From Chiloscyllium plagiosum (taxonomy: Eukaryota): a stretch of DNA of 64,000 nucleotides. Numbering within the stretch: position 1 is the first letter of the stretch; each line of letters begins with the position of its first letter. Shown here piece by piece: positions 13,491 to 27,269 of this stretch. A program made the translations under genes and the position numbers. The stretch spans positions 52,213,037 through 52,277,036 of the forward strand of contig NC_057719.1 in assembly GCF_004010195.1 (NCBI RefSeq). The letters are read 5' to 3'. The notes beneath the pieces are model-generated. The model was given only the letters and a program-made list of their open reading frames with translations, did no database searches and was not told the origin of the DNA.

Positions 13491-14372
13491 TGTGAGCTCT
13501 CCATGTCCTTCTGTTCTCTGTGGCATCCCACTGTCCTATCTCAATTTGTCTCCTTTCACTTGTGATGAAGATAGACTTGAATGAAGGCCAAGACAAACTG
13601 TAGCTGCCAGGAACCTGCTTTGACTTTCATGTACTGACTAGTGAAGGAAGGGAGAATTGAAAGTGGCATAAAAATGAAGCATAGTGGACTAATAATGAAA
13701 TGCAATTATATGGAAATAAGGTGGTTGCTGCTCAATAGCAAGATTCTGAAATCACCATTAAAATGGAAAATTGGGAATATTTTACTCCATATCAAGATTC
13801 TGCTTTTTTTGTTCTTGACATATTTTGCTAAATTTCTTGCCATTACCCTCATCATTCAAGGGTCAGGAAATTTCCATCTTATCATTTGCAGTTGAACAGA
13901 AACATTGCCAATAGCTAACTTTGTATTAAATGCTCTGTTTTCAGCTTGGTGTTTGGGTCATAGCTTGTCGGAAAAATCAAACTTTAGAATTAGAATTCGA
14001 TTTTATTGTCACACGTACTCAAGTGTAGGAATACATCAGTATTGTGAAAAGTGCACAAACTTGCCATTCTCCAGCACTATCTTGGTTACAAAGCCAGAAT
14101 TTTCAAAAGACACTGTTACTTAGAGTTGCAATGCTGTATTCTTGACCAGAATTAGACTTCAGCATTCTATAGGGTCAGTCCCAGTTAATTCTTAAATTTC
14201 TCCATAGAGCAAATAAAATTAAAGTGCATAAAACAATTTGAACTGGAAATACACCATATCCAGATATTTATTCCATGAAATTAGATGGATCCTGAGCTCA
14301 TTTTCAGGATAGACCATTTCAAACTGTGACTGTAACACGCTAGAAAGCAAAGCTCATCTGATCTGATGCTTT

Positions 14373-16088
14373 AGCAAAAACAATGACTGCAGATGCTGGA
14401 AACCAGATTCTGGATTAGTGGTGCTGGAAGAGCACAGCAATTCAGGCAGCATCTGAGGAGCAGTAAAATTGACATTTCGAGCAAAAGCCCTTCATCAGGA
14501 ATAAAGGCAGAGAGCCTGAAGCATGGAGAGATAAGCTAGAGGAGGGTGGGGGTGGGGAGAAAGTAGCATAGAGTACAATAGGTGAGTGAGAGGCCCAGGA
14601 CCTCCGTGTCCTCGGCAGAGTGGGAGGGGGAGTTGAAATATTGGGCCACGGGGTGATGTGGTTGATTGGTGCGGGTGTCCCGGAGATGTTCTCTAAAGCA
14701 CTCTGCTAGGAGGCATCCAGTCTCCCCAATGTAGAGGAGACCGCATCGGGAGCAACGGATACAATAAATGATATTAATTGATGTGCAGGTAAAACTTTAA
14801 TGGATGTGGAAGGCTCCTTTAGGGCCTTAGAAGGAGGTGAGGGAGGAGGTGTGGGCGCAGGCTTTGCAGTTCCTGCGGTAGCAGGGGAAGGTGCCAGGAT
14901 GGGAGGGTGGGTTGTAGGGGGGCGTGGACTTAACCAGGTAGTCACGGAGGGAACGGTCTTTGCGGAAGGCGGAAAGGGGTGGGGAGGGAAATATATCCCT
15001 AGTGGTGGGGTCTTTTTGGAGGTGGCGGAAATGTTAGCGGATGATTTGGTTTATGTGAAGGTTGGTAGGGTGGAAGGTGAGCACCAGGGTTGTTCTGTCC
15101 TTATTACGGTTGGAGGGGTGGGGTCTGAGGGCAGAGGTGCGGGATGTGGACAAGATGCGTTGGAGGGCATCTTTAACGACGTAGGAAGGGAAATTTCGGT
15201 CTCTAAAAAGGAGGCCATCTGGTGTGCTCTGTGTTGGAACTGGTACTCCTGGGAGCAGATACGGTGGAGGCGGAGGAATTGGGAATATGGGATGGCATTT
15301 TTGCAAAAGCTAGGGTGGGAAGAGGTGTAAACCAGGTAGCTGTGGGAGTCGGTGGGTTTGTAAAAAATGTCAGTGTAATGTTGGTCGTCATTAATGAAAA
15401 TGGAGAGGTCCAGGAAGGGGAGGGAGGTGTCAGAGATTGTCCAAGTAAATTTAATGTCAAGGTGGAATGTGTTGGTGAAGTTGATGAATTGCTCAACCTC
15501 CTCGTGGGAGCATGTGGGGGCGCCAATGCAGTCAACAATGTAGCGGAGGAAGAGGTGGGGAGTGGTGCCGGTGCTATTACGGAAGATTGACTGTTCTACG
15601 GAGCCAACAAAGAGACAGGCATAGCTGGGGGCCCATACATGTGCCCATGGCTACCCTTTTTGTCTGGAGGAAGTGGGAGGATTCGAAGGAGAAATTGTTA
15701 AGTTTGAGGAGCGCTGGTTATGAAGGTGGTAGATAAAAGTTTGTTATACTTACAGTTTTTGATGTTTGAGATGGAGTTGAAATACTGTTTGTTGAGAGTA
15801 TGAATTCTCCTGAGGATGTAGTACAGAGTGGGTCCTTTGCAATTCTGAGAGATTGTGGCCCTCAGCTGAGGCAGGGCTGACTGTAGAGAGGTTAGGTGCC
15901 GGCGCATTGCTGCAGGCGTGGAGCAGAGGATCTTGAAGGAGAACTGTTGCTGGTGTTTTTGACTCTGTAGTCTGTACTGTTTGTCCTGTTCGGGTCCAAA
16001 CTCTGCTGGTTTAAAGGTGGTTCAGAGTCCGTGTGGGATGAGTTGGTTACGGAGGCAGGAGGAAGCAAATGTGGATATGGTAGCGAGT
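14373..16088 (-). mobile_element. Penelope-like element with internal deletions
   Basis: Near-identical in reverse to 1-2826 over RT C-terminus, GIY-YIG and terminus; also carries N-terminal ORF sequence (15720-16088). Flanked by TCTGATGCTTT (14362-14372) and TCTGATGTTTT (16089-16099). Confidence 0.92.
14466..14503 (-). ncRNA. Minimal hammerhead motif
   Basis: Minus strand ATTC-CTGATGA-AGGGCTTTTGCTC-GAAA-TGTC-AATT. Confidence 0.7.
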
Positions 16089-16344
16089 TCTGATGTTTTG
16101 CCAATTTAACTGGACATTGTCTTGCTTTATTCTGTATCTAATCCATGTTGCATCTTTCCTGGGGAGTGCTTGGTCGGATAAGATAAAGGCAGTTCCTTCT
16201 GATTGTAATGGTATTGTAACTGTAGAAGAGTAATAGAAAAGCTTATAAGAGGGACAAGTATTACCCAGTAGAAGGAGTCAGCCAATGGGGCAAAAGATCA
16301 CTCAACAGGAACAGTTTCCTACTCGGACCACAAATAAATATTGT

Positions 16345-16447
16345 TAATTAACCCGTTCAGATGTAATATGATACATTTCTGGAGTAGGTGGGACTTTAAT
16401 CTGGTCCTCCTGGCTCATAGGTATGGACACTGCCACTGCACCACAAC
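16345..16447 (-). mobile_element. Short tRNA-like SINE fragment
   Basis: Reverse complement TTGTGGTGCAGTGGCAGTGTCC...ATCTGAACGGGTTAAT resembles 47895-47985. Confidence 0.5.
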
Positions 16448-17976
16448 AGCAAGTATGCTTTTTTTAGCAAACAGAAACTGCATCCAGATCTATAGATAAT
16501 TATACAAATCAGTCAGCCCACAAAATGTGACTGACGATAGCGTAGTCCTATTTTGCCGATATTAGCATAGCTTCTGAAATATTTTAAACTGACAACTAGT
16601 ACACTTGTGATGAAATCTGGTCCCATTCTGTCTTCTTTGTGACCATCGTGTTTGATTCATGCAAAAATGTTAATTACATTCATCTGCCTTTGCATGTTCT
16701 GCAATTGCAAACTTTTGAGCCAACAATTTCATGTACTTAGCTCAAAATAAAGCAAATTATCTTTTTAACTATCGGTTTGCTGGCTTGGTACTATAATGCC
16801 CTCCTATTTTATGTAAATGTCAAATGAAATTATTTGGAACTCATAAAATATGAGAGAAATCAGCTTATTTCACTTCAATTTCCATTTTTGTACTTTCATC
16901 TGGTTGTGATATCCATGTCCTCATAAATGCTTTTCTTGTAAAGAGGACTAACATACTGAATGTAATGTTACATTGCATGGTAAATGTAATAATGCCTCAA
17001 GCATTTTGCTCACGTACTCCTCCCACGTGTTTGGTGTACTAACTATACAAGTGAGGTTATGTGTCATTTTTGTGTTTATTTAGTGCTAGACCAGTTTGTA
17101 CTTCACAAACACATAAAGCCTGTTTTCTCTCTAACACAGAGAAAATAACATTTTGCTCTAAATTTACAGCAAGCACTTTCCAACTTCATGCTGTTAGGCA
17201 CATTATGAGTTTTCAGCATTATGTCTTCAATTCAGATTTCCAGCATTCACTGTATTTTGTTTACATTTATTTCTTTTCAAATGAAAATGCTATTGATAGG
17301 CTGCCATCAGTTAAAAATTGTTTATAATCCTGTAAAAGTGGGATTCAATAATGAAGCAAAACCTGCATTACTAAATATTGAAAATGTAGCAGCATTGGAA
17401 AGGTAGCTGTATAAATCTAAGGATTTTATGACATTATAAAATGAAGAGTACTTAATGACCAGTAAATATTATGATTTTTATTTGCATTAACTAGATAAGT
17501 CGCTATGGTTGTGAAATGATTCAAGTATGAGCTTTGGTCTATGATGCTCCCCATTGTTGTATTTTGTCTCATGATCAGTATGGCAGCTCCTTTCAGAAAC
17601 ACAATAAATCAACAAACACTTAAAACTCATTACCGTAACATCATCACTGTATCATTGAAGTGATCTGATGGTATAAAGATCTCAGTCTGCATTTTAACTT
17701 AATCACCTGAAGCCTAACATGCTATTGAAAGCAACTTCTTTTATTGTGATCTACTTGCATAAATTAGCTGGGGCATTTGCGCGCCCTTGATAAGTAATGC
17801 TCATATGTAATAAACATCCATTTAATTCTACAATAACATGATATCCTTGTCCAGTTTCTTCTACTATGAGGCATATTATAAGCATTGCCACATCAGGTAA
17901 AATACCCTATTGGAGGTAAAACCACATTATCGAAAACAAACAATTTCTTAAAAATAACTTTCAGTGCTCTTCACTG

Positions 17977-18885
17977 AAACATAAGAGCATAAAAACTAGG
18001 AGCAAGAGTAAACCATTTGGTCCTTCGAGCCTGGAGTGACCTGGCCTCTACAGCCTGCTACAGTAACGAATTTCACAGGTTGACCACTCTTTAAGTGAAA
18101 AAATGTTGCCCATCTCAGTCCCAAATGACTTATTCTGTGTCCTGAGGCAGTGACCCGGGTTCTAACCTCCCCAGTCAGGGAAAACATCTTCCCCACATCT
18201 AGTCTATCTGGTCCTGTTAGAAGTTTTGATGTTTTAATCAGATCCCTTTGTATTCGTCTAAATTCTGGTTAATGCAGACCCAGGAAAACCAATCTATCTT
18301 CATACTACGGTCCTGCCTTCCCTGGTATCAGCCTAGTGAACTTCTGCAACATTGTCTCAATGGCAAGAGCAGCATCTCTTAAGTAAGGAGACCAAAACTA
18401 CATGCAATATTCTAGGTGGGATCTTACAAAAGCCTTTATAACTGCCAGAAAAATTTCCTACTTCTGAACTCAAATTATTTTGAAATGAAGACCAACAAAG
18501 CATTGCATTTCCAAGTATTGCGGCACCTACCTATTTACTTTCTTTGACCAGAAAAGTAGGACACCCAAAACCCATTATGTACTCGCGTGTCCCAAATGAC
18601 ACCATTGAAGTAATACTCTGCGCCTCTGTTTTTCGTACCATAGTGAGTGACTTCACATTTGTCTATGCTTTCCTGCATATGCCATGTGCTTGCGCACTCA
18701 CTCAACTTGTCTTGATCATTCTGAAGGTTCCTTGTATTCTCCTCACAACTCACAATCCTGCCAGCTTTATGTTGTGAACAAACATGAAAATCTTGCATTT
18801 GGTTCCCTCAAGAATCATTTGTACAGAATGTGAATAGCCTGGCCGAAACACTGAGCCTTGTGCTGTATCACAAGTCACTGCCTGA
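17977..18885 (-). mobile_element. CR1 LINE 3' portion, old
   Basis: LQNDQDKLSECASTWHMQ..DKCEVTHYG; CR1-type tail at the left end. Confidence 0.85.
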
Positions 18886-20420
18886 AGGAGTGGAGTGAAA
18901 AGGATGTGGAAAAGCAACTGATGACTGCAATTGATGGTGTTGAATCTCTTAAAAGATACTTTCTTATTAAATATATCTGATTGTTAGAACAAGGAGGGAA
19001 GGTGCATAATTTGTATTTGCGGCTTAAGGTTTGACACCTTGATTCCGTGTTTCAAAGCACATTTCACACTGTATTATCCAAAGAAATTACGATATGTTTG
19101 GTTCAATACGTTATGACATATCGGTATCCTGTAAATCATAAGGTGATTGAAATGAGCAAAAAGTTTAATTTTAAGGGAACAGGTAACAAATGAATAGCTA
19201 ATACAAGATAATTTTACAAAGACAACTCTGGCTGAAGACATATTGGATGCACAGCTGCTCAGACATTGATATTAAAAGCTTCTCGGTCACTAGTTTTATA
19301 ATACGATATTCAAGTCATCATCGATGTGTTGTACAAAATCTCCCATTAGATTAATCTCCGCATAAGGTTTCAGGCAACACATGACATTTTAAGTCTCATA
19401 AAGGATGGTTGCAGCTAAAGATCTGTAGATATTGGTCTGAGTCCCAATTTGTCTGCCATTGGATTTTCTGGAAGGAATGTTCTCCATTACCAATTCTTTT
19501 TAAAACAATCAGATCCAATAGATACTAAGAGAAATATTGTTCTCATTTGATATTTCATTTGGTCAGAAATAATGGTCAGCTAAAAGGTTTTTGCAGCATC
19601 ATGCTATTTACTAACTAAAACAAGACAACAAAATAATCTCTGTCTATTCCTAAACTCAGGTCATCAACTCAGTAAAAGCAATTTCCCAATGTGGATTCAA
19701 TGCTGTTTCAAACCCACAGGTCTAAATTGGAAGAATCAGTTTTCGTCTCTTGTGTGATGATGCAATTTGTTCAGTTCTATGGAAAACAAAAGTCAAGTGA
19801 GGACCAGACAATTCTGTGGACAAAGAAGGACAAAACAAGCACTTTTCTGTTCTGTGGTGAGCAATATCACATTTAACTTGCCACTAGGTTATCCAGCAAT
19901 CAAGCATAGGACTTAAATTTCAAGGGTAAGGGGAAGAAAAGACTTATTCACCAGATTTGAAACAATTAGATCTGAAACAAGTTATATTGAGCTGTAAAAA
20001 ATCAAACTCTTGTTTAAAAATATTTCCATATAATCTAGCTATGTGTTTATAAAATACAATACATACTCAATTGTACTTTTGATCTTATATTTCTTAAAGT
20101 TGAAAGTACCTGATTTAAATTTTATTTAGAGTAAATTCACCATGGAAAGAATCACAAACATAACTAAACATTGAGTATGGGTGGTGTAAATACGGATTAA
20201 ATCAGTTCAGTCATCATCATGTAAAATAGTCAATAAGATAAAGATCCATCGCTACCAGATTTATTTCTATCCCAGTTTCTCGGTTATTATTTTTATGAAC
20301 TGCTACCATTTTCTATCTAAAACCTTAACTGCAGTACAAAAGGGTTTCTCGTGGAGCACCACTAACAAAATACTAGGCGGGTTGGACTGTACCAAAGTTA
20401 CTCCACACCAACATTTACAG

Positions 20421-20503
20421 TGTCTAAAAGTGTGGTGCTGGAAAAGCACAGACTATCAGGCAGAATCCGAAGAGCAGGAGAGTTGAAGTTTCAATCATAA
20501 GCT
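20421..20503 (-). mobile_element. PLE terminus fragment
   Basis: GTGGTGCTGGAAAAGCACAG...GAGCAGGAGAG matches the other PLE termini; truncated within HHR stem II. Confidence 0.65.
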
Positions 20504-20640
20504 GTTCATAGAGTCATAGAGTCATGACCGAAACAGACCCTTCGGTCCAACCCATCCATGCCGACCAGATCTCCAAACCCAATCAAGCCCCACCTGCCAG
20601 CACCTGGGCCATATCCCTCCAAACCCTTCCCATTCATATA

Positions 20641-20762
20641 GATTCCTGAAGATATAGATTCGTATAGATTCCTGAAGAAGGGCTTATGCCCGAAACATTG
20701 ATTCTCCTGTTCCTTGGATGCTGCCTGACCTGCTGCGCTTTTCCAGCAACACATTTTCAGCT
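20641..20762 (+). mobile_element. PLE-terminus mini-insertion with HHR core
   Basis: CTGAAGA (20672-20678), GGGC-TTAT-GCCC, GAAA. TSD CTTCCCATTCATATA (20626-20640) / CTTCTCATTCATATA (20761-20775). Confidence 0.85.
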
Positions 20763-21540
20763 TCTCATTCATATACCCACCCAAATGCCTCTTAAATGTT
20801 GCAATTGTACCAGCCTCCACCACATCCTCTGGCAGCTCATTCCATACACATACCACCCTCTGTGTGAAAAAGTTGCCCCTTAGGTCTCTTTTATATCTCT
20901 CCCCTCTCACTCTAAACCTATGCCCTCTCGTTCTGGATCCCCAACCCCAGGGAAAAGACTTTGTCTATTCATCCTATCCATGCCCCTCATAATTTTGTAA
21001 ACCTCTATAAGATCACCNNNNNNNNNNNNNNNNNNNNNNNNNNNNNNNNNNNNNNNNNNNNNNNNNNNNNNNNNNNNNNNNNNNNNNNNNNNNNNNNNNN
21101 NNNNNNNNNNNNNNNNNNNNNNNNNNNNNNNNNNNNNNNNNNNNNNNNNNNNNNNNNNNNNNNNNNNNNNNNNNNNNNNNNNNNNNNNNNNNNNNNNNNN
21201 NNNNNNNNATTTGCTTTCCCAAAATGCAGCACCTCGCATTTATCTGAATTAAACTCCATCTGCCACTTCTCAGCCCATTGGCCCATCTGGTCCAGATCCT
21301 GTTGTAATCTGAGGTAACCCTCTTCGCTGTCCACTATACCTCCAATTTTGGTGTCATCTGCAAACTTACTAACTTTACCTCTTATGCTTGCATCCAAATC
21401 ATTTATGTAAATGACAAAGCGTAGAGGGCCCAGCACCGATCCTTGTGGCACTCCACTGATCACAGGCCTCCAGTCTGAAAAACAACCCTCCACAACCAGT
21501 CTCTGTCTTCTACCTTTGAGACTGTTCTGTATCCAAATGG

Positions 21541-21930
21541 GCTGAAAAATGTGTTGCTGGAAAAGCGCAGCAGGTCAGGCAGCATCCAAGGAGCAGGAGA
21601 ATTGATGTTTCGGGCATAAGTCATTCCTCAGGAATGAGGAAGGTGTGCCAAGCAGGCTAAGATAAAAAGTAGGGAGGAGGGACTTGGGGGAGGGGCGTTG
21701 GGAATGCGATAGGTGGAAGGAGGTTAAGGTGAGGGTGATAGGCCGGAGAGGTCGGGAAGAAGATGGCAGGTCAAGAAGGCGGCGCTGAGTCTGAGGGTTG
21801 GGACTGAGATAAGGTGGGGGGAGGGGAAATGAGGAAGCTGGAGAAATCTGCATTCATCCCTTGTGGTTAGGGGGAAGATGGGGTGCTCTTTCTCCAGGTG
21901 TCATGTTGCCACGGTCTGGCGATGGAGGAG
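21541..21930 (-). mobile_element. PLE 3' fragment with degenerate HHR, inserted in CR1 RT
   Basis: Near-identical to 30968-31236; minus CTGAGGA...GAAA at about 21605-21632; interrupts CR1 at ATCCAAATGG|...|GCAAGTTCTC. Confidence 0.85.
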
Positions 21931-23184
21931 GCAAGTTCTCTCTGTATTCCACGAGATCTAAGCTTGCTAATCAGTCTCCCATGGGGAACCTTGTCGAACG
22001 CCTTACTGAAGTCCATATAGATCACATCTACTGCTCTGCCCTCATCAATCTTCTTTGTTACTGCTTCAAAAAACATAATCAAGTTTGTGAGACATAATTT
22101 CCCACGCACAAAGCCATGTTGACTATCCCGAATCAGTCCTTGCCTTTCCAAATACATGTACACCCTGTCCCTCAGGATTCCCTCCAACAACTTGCCCACC
22201 ACTGAGGTCAGGCTCACCGGTCTATAGTTCCCTGGCTTGTCTTTACCGCCCTTCTTAAACAGTGGCACCACGTTTGCCAACCTCCAGTCTTCCGGCACCT
22301 CACCTGTGACTATCGATGCTACAAGTATCTCAGCAAGAGGCCCAACAATCACTTCTCTAGCTTCCCACAGAGTTCTCAGGTACACCTGATCGGGTCCTGG
22401 GGATTGATCCACTTATAACCGTTTCAAGACATCCAGCACATCCTCCTCTGTAATCTGGACATTTTGCAAGATGTCATCATCTATTTCCCCATTGTCTATA
22501 TCTTCCATATCCTTTTCCACAGTAAATACTGATGCAAAATATTCATTTAATATCTCCCCCATTTTCTGTGACTCCACACAAAGGCCGCCTTGCTGATCTT
22601 TGAGGGGCCGTATTCTCTCCCTAGTTACCCTTTTGTCCTTAATATATTTGTAAAACCCCTTTGGATTCTCTTTAATTCTATTTGCCAAAGCCATCTCATG
22701 TCCCCATTTTGCCCTCCTGATTTCCCTCTTAAGTATACTCCTACTTTCTTTATACTCTNNNNNNNNNNNNNNNNNNNNNNNNNNNNNNNNNNNNNNNNNN
22801 NNNNNNNNNNNNNNNNNNNNNNNNNNNNNNNNNNNNNNNNNNNNNNNNNNNNNNNNNNNNNNNNNNNNNNNNNNNNNNNNNNNNNNNNNNNNNNNNNNNN
22901 NNNNNNNNNNNNNNNNNNNNNNNNNNNNNNNNNNNNNNNNNNNNNNNNNNNNNNNNNNNNNNNNNNNNNNNNNNNNNNNNNNNNNNNNNNNNNNNNNNNN
23001 NNNNNNNNNNNNNNNNNNNNNNNNNNNNNNNNNNNNNNNNNNNNNNNNNNNNNNNNNNNNNNNNNNNNNNNNNNNNNNNNNNNNNNNNNNNNNNNNNNNN
23101 NNNNNNNNNNNNNNNNNNNNNNNNNNNNNNNNNNNNNNNNNNNNNNNNNNNNNNNNNNNNNNNNNNNNNNNNNNNNNNNNNNNN

Positions 23185-23770
23185 GGGGGTGCCCCAAGGG
23201 CACTGAGAGATAAATAGGAGAGGGGTGGGGCTTGGGGCAAGGTAGCTGGGAATGCAATAGGTAGACAAAGGTGGGGGGGTGCTGGTGATATGTCGGATAG
23301 GAGGGTTAAGCAGATAGATGGGAAGGTAGATGGACAGATAGGACCGTTGAAGAGCGCGGATTTCCTCTACATTGGGGAGACAGGACGCCAACTTGCAGAA
23401 TGTTTCAGAGAACATCTCCGGGACACATGCACCAAACAACTGAAGACTTTAACTCCCCCTCCCACTACACCAATGACCTGCCAGTCCTAGGCCTCCTCCA
23501 CCGCCAAATTCTAGCCACCTGACACCTGGAGGAAGATCACCTCATCTTCTGCCTTGGGACTCACCAACCACATGGAATCAATGTCGATTTCACCAGTTTC
23601 CTCATCTGCCCTCCACCCACCTTATCCCATATCCAACCCTCTAACTTGGCACAGACTACTCGAATTGTCCTACCTGTCTGTCTTCCTTCCCACCTATTTC
23701 CTCTACCCTTTACTCCAACCTATCACCATCACCCCCACCTTTGCCTACCTATCGACTTCCCAGCCTACCT
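23185..23770. mobile_element. PLE fragments in inverted arrangement
   Basis: Minus-strand 3' UTR (23185-23350) abuts a plus-strand GIY-YIG piece LYIGETGRQLAECFREHLRDT and its C/T-rich UTR. Confidence 0.8.
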
Positions 23771-23971
23771 TAACTAATTATTATTTAAAAGTTATTAATG
23801 TATTGTTTGATTGAGCAAGTAAATTAGATTTCAAAGTCAAGATTGAAGAGGTGTTGTATTATTTATGGAGATTCAAAAGTCTCCCATCTCCCCTCACATT
23901 AGCCCTTCATCAATATCAATTGGAGCAAATTCTATTCCTTTGCCACTTAACTACTACCATAGCTTTTTTTT

Positions 23972-24289
23972 ATTGGATTAGATTCCCTACAGCGTGGAAA
24001 CAGGCCCTTCGGCCCAGCAAGTCTACACCAACCCTCTGAAAAGTAACACACCCAGACTCATTTTCCTACATTTATCTCTGACTGATGCACCTAACACTCT
24101 GGGCAATTTAGCATGGCCAACTCATCTGGCCTGCACATCTTTTGGACTGTGGGAGGAAACCGGAGAAAACACACTCAGACACGGGAGAATGTTTAAAATC
24201 CACACAGACCGTTGCCCAAGGCCGGAATCAAATCCAGGTTCCTGGTGCTGTGAGACAGCAGTGCTAACCACTGAGCCACCGTGCTGCCC
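23972..24289 (-). mobile_element. HE1-like SINE
   Basis: tRNA-like head GGGCAGCACGGTGGCTCAGTGGTTAGCA, central domain, CR1-like tail and (AATCT)n end; homologous to 37430-37726. Confidence 0.9.
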
Positions 24290-24469
24290 CAAATTTTTAT
24301 ATGAATACTTCACACTCTCCAGGCAGCTACTATAATGTTTTGTTTAAAGGAATTCAGTGTCTGATTCACAAAATTGCAGTATGACGTTTGAGTTATCCAG
24401 ATTTACTCTCTACAGTCTTGACACCTGACACTTCTGCAGTATCAGTTGGAAATGTGTGTAATGAAGACT

Positions 24470-24580
24470 ATTTTTAGAGCAGAGTTTCATTTGCTTGTAC
24501 AGATTCACAGGCAGCCTGTCTTGAACGTCAAGGGTGATGACAGTCTGCTGCACACTGCACAACTTCATCCTGGAGGATGT
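24470..24580 (+). mobile_element. PIF/Harbinger transposase C-terminal remnant
   Basis: LEQSFICLYRF...VMTVCCTLHNFIL resembles the LKxRFRCLD...CCxLHN motif. Confidence 0.5.
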
Positions 24581-25719
24581 CTTAATGTAGGAGCTCTGGA
24601 GCAGAAAGACTTGCAGATGCATCAAGGAGATCATAAGTAACAACAGAATCATTACACTGAAACCTTTATAGGGGCTCTTTGAATCATCTGAAATGACAGA
24701 CTTAGAGGGAAGCTTCTCCTAATAAGAAATTCTGATCTTTGCACGAATAATCTTAACTACAGTGTCCTCTTGCCCTCCACTAATATGATTTCATCACGGT
24801 TCTTGAACTCTCTCCTTCAATGGCCAAAACTCCAATTTATGGATGCCAAACAAGCACAACAATGCTCTCTAGTACATTTTGAGTTGCAACCTACTCTGTG
24901 AACAACTTTTCTCTTGTCTTGTGATAAGTGCTAATGTCTTAGACTTCTTGCCATAGTTTTTCTCATTGATGGCAGGATATCATGCCAGCTGCTGTGCCCA
25001 GAGTAAACATTTGCGGTTGAGTTGGCCTCTCCCTCTGCAGCTATGGAATAACATAGCTCCCCATCCTGCTGACATCATGGGCAATGTGGTCATATACCTG
25101 CCTAACAGCACTCAAAATAAGAAGGGGAAGTGGGCTAATCTGACCCTGAAAGCAATCAAAGTTGCCAGAACAATTCAAACGTAGGGGCAACCAGTCAGAG
25201 AAGAGTTATATCTATATATATGAGAAGCAGATTCTTTCTGTCTTGTGCTCAATATCACAAATTCCTTTGGTCAACTGACAGATTCTCTGACTTTAGAGGT
25301 TGCAAAGGTGACAGAAAGAAAAGTGTTTTTGAGGTGAAGCTGCAGAGCGTCTGACGTGATGACGGTGGTCAGTAGGTAGACCAATACTCTGAAATAGGCC
25401 CAGATACTGAACTGTAATTTTTTAGGAGTTTAGGAGTTTTGGATGTCATGAAGTTGTGTAACTTACATGGTAAATAACCGCACGTCTCTTGCATTGAGCC
25501 AGTTAGAAACTGAATCTTTTTCACAACTATGGTAAGAGAAACCTTCAAATATAGAAAACGTAATGTACAACATGATTATATCATCTAATAAAGGAAATAA
25601 TGAGAATGAGAAAATTTCCCTCAAAAATGAAAACTAACCCTCAATAGAAATAGAGAAAAAGAGGCTTTAAGAATACAACGTGAGTTATTTGTCCAACCAT
25701 GTGTACCCCAATCAATTTT

Positions 25720-26835
25720 AGCATCAAGCTTTGTTTGTACCTTGCTGCCTGTTTGTTCAGGACTTATCACAGGGAGCTCACACAATTGTATTCGTGGTGT
25801 TTCAGATTGAGGTAGTGAGATTCTGTATGGAAAACACAATCTGGCCTTTGCTCCTTCCCATCGCTCACAACAGCATGATCGGGTACCCCGTTCTCATTTT
25901 TTATCCCACCAGCCTCTGTATTCAAAGGATCATTCTCTGCCATTTCAGACAATTCCAGCAGGACACCACCACCAAACACATCTTCCTCTCACTCCCCTTG
26001 TCTGCATTTGCAGAGATCCTTCCCCCCGGAACACCCTAGTTCATTCACCGACCACTATCACCATCACCCCCTTCCCTTGACTTCCTATGTAACCGCAAAA
26101 AGTGCAGCACCTGCCCCTTCACCTCCTCCCTGCTCACCATTCAATGGTCTAAACATTCTTTCCAGGTGAGGTAGCATTTCATCTGTACCTCCTCCGATCT
26201 TGTATATTGTGTTTGCTGCACCCAAGGGGGCCTACCCGACATTGGAGAAATCAAATGCGGACTGGATGAGCATTTTGTGAAACACCTTCAGTATGTGCAC
26301 AAGGAGGACCTTAACCTTTCCATAGCCGGTCATTTTAACACAGAGTCCTGCTCACATGTCCACTTGTCTGTCCTCAGCATGCTGCAGTATTCTAGTGAAT
26401 CACAGCGCAAGCTGGAAGAGCAAAATTTCATCTTCAGCCCAGGCACTTTATCTTGAATTCAACACTTTCAGATTGTGAACCAATTCCCACTTCTTCTTGT
26501 TCTATTAGCTTTATTTGTTATGTTCTCAGTCACCATGTCCTCTGTCCCCTCCCACCCACTCCAGTGTTCTTCCAAGTCTGACAGTTGGACATACCATTGT
26601 TCTGCCATTCTCACATTCTGATCATTTAATCTGAACTATCAACATCTTTTCTCCCACAGCCGACCTACATTCCACTACCTCCACACCTCTCCCCCCAAAT
26701 ATTTCATAAATGCTGTCCGCTCCACACTTCATTTCAGCTCTGATGAAGAGTCATTTAGACTCGAAACGCTAGCTTACTCTTTCTTCACGGATGCTGTTTA
26801 ATCTGCTGTAATCTCCAGCATTTGTTGTTCTCAAC
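25720..26835 (+). mobile_element. Older PLE 3' part (RT C-terminus, GIY-YIG, terminus)
   Basis: PVLIFYPTSLCIQRIILCHFRQFQQD; LVYCVCCTQGGLPDIGEIK; RKLEEQNFIFS; ends in an HHR and tail. Confidence 0.85.
26736..26774 (+). ncRNA. Minimal hammerhead motif (second family)
   Basis: AGCT-CTGATGA(26740-26746)-A-GAGTC-ATTTA-GACTC-GAAA-CGCT-AGCT. Perfect stems I and II; the core U before the cleavage site is changed to C. Confidence 0.75.
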
Positions 26836-27269
26836 TAAGGTCAACAATTGTGCCTTAAAGTTTCTGTTAAAAACATTTGATTTTATTTTGAACAGTAAAC
26901 ACTCATAGCTTGGAAAGAGGTTCTTTCTTATTTTTAGTTTTGGGTCTGTCCTGTAGAAGATGGATGGATAAATTTGTGCTCCTGAGAAAGGGGTGAAAAT
27001 TGTAAGACTTGATTACCTTAGATTAAAGAGTTTAGTGACAATCCCAGATCAGAAGTGTCTGAATAAAACCCTAAAGAGGTAATTTGAAGCTAAGAATATT
27101 TAAACTCAGTTGTGATGTTGGTATGAAAACTTTAGGAAAAGGTTAACAGATGTTTACAGACTGGAGGTTGAATTCACAGCTATTCAAACCCTAATGAGGT
27201 GATAGAAAAAATATTTTTCTCTGGCGTGGGCACTATAAATGTAAAGTGCCTAGTCTGACGATGAGATGT

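Larger units (their letters stand above)
20506..22758 (-). mobile_element. CR1 LINE (HER1-like) RT and 3' end, with two nested PLE pieces
   Basis: PGNYRPVSLTSVVGKLLE, SQHGF, MDFSKAFDKVPH, SGVPQGSVLGP, KFADDTK; (TCATAGAG)n tail at 20506. Confidence 0.95.
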
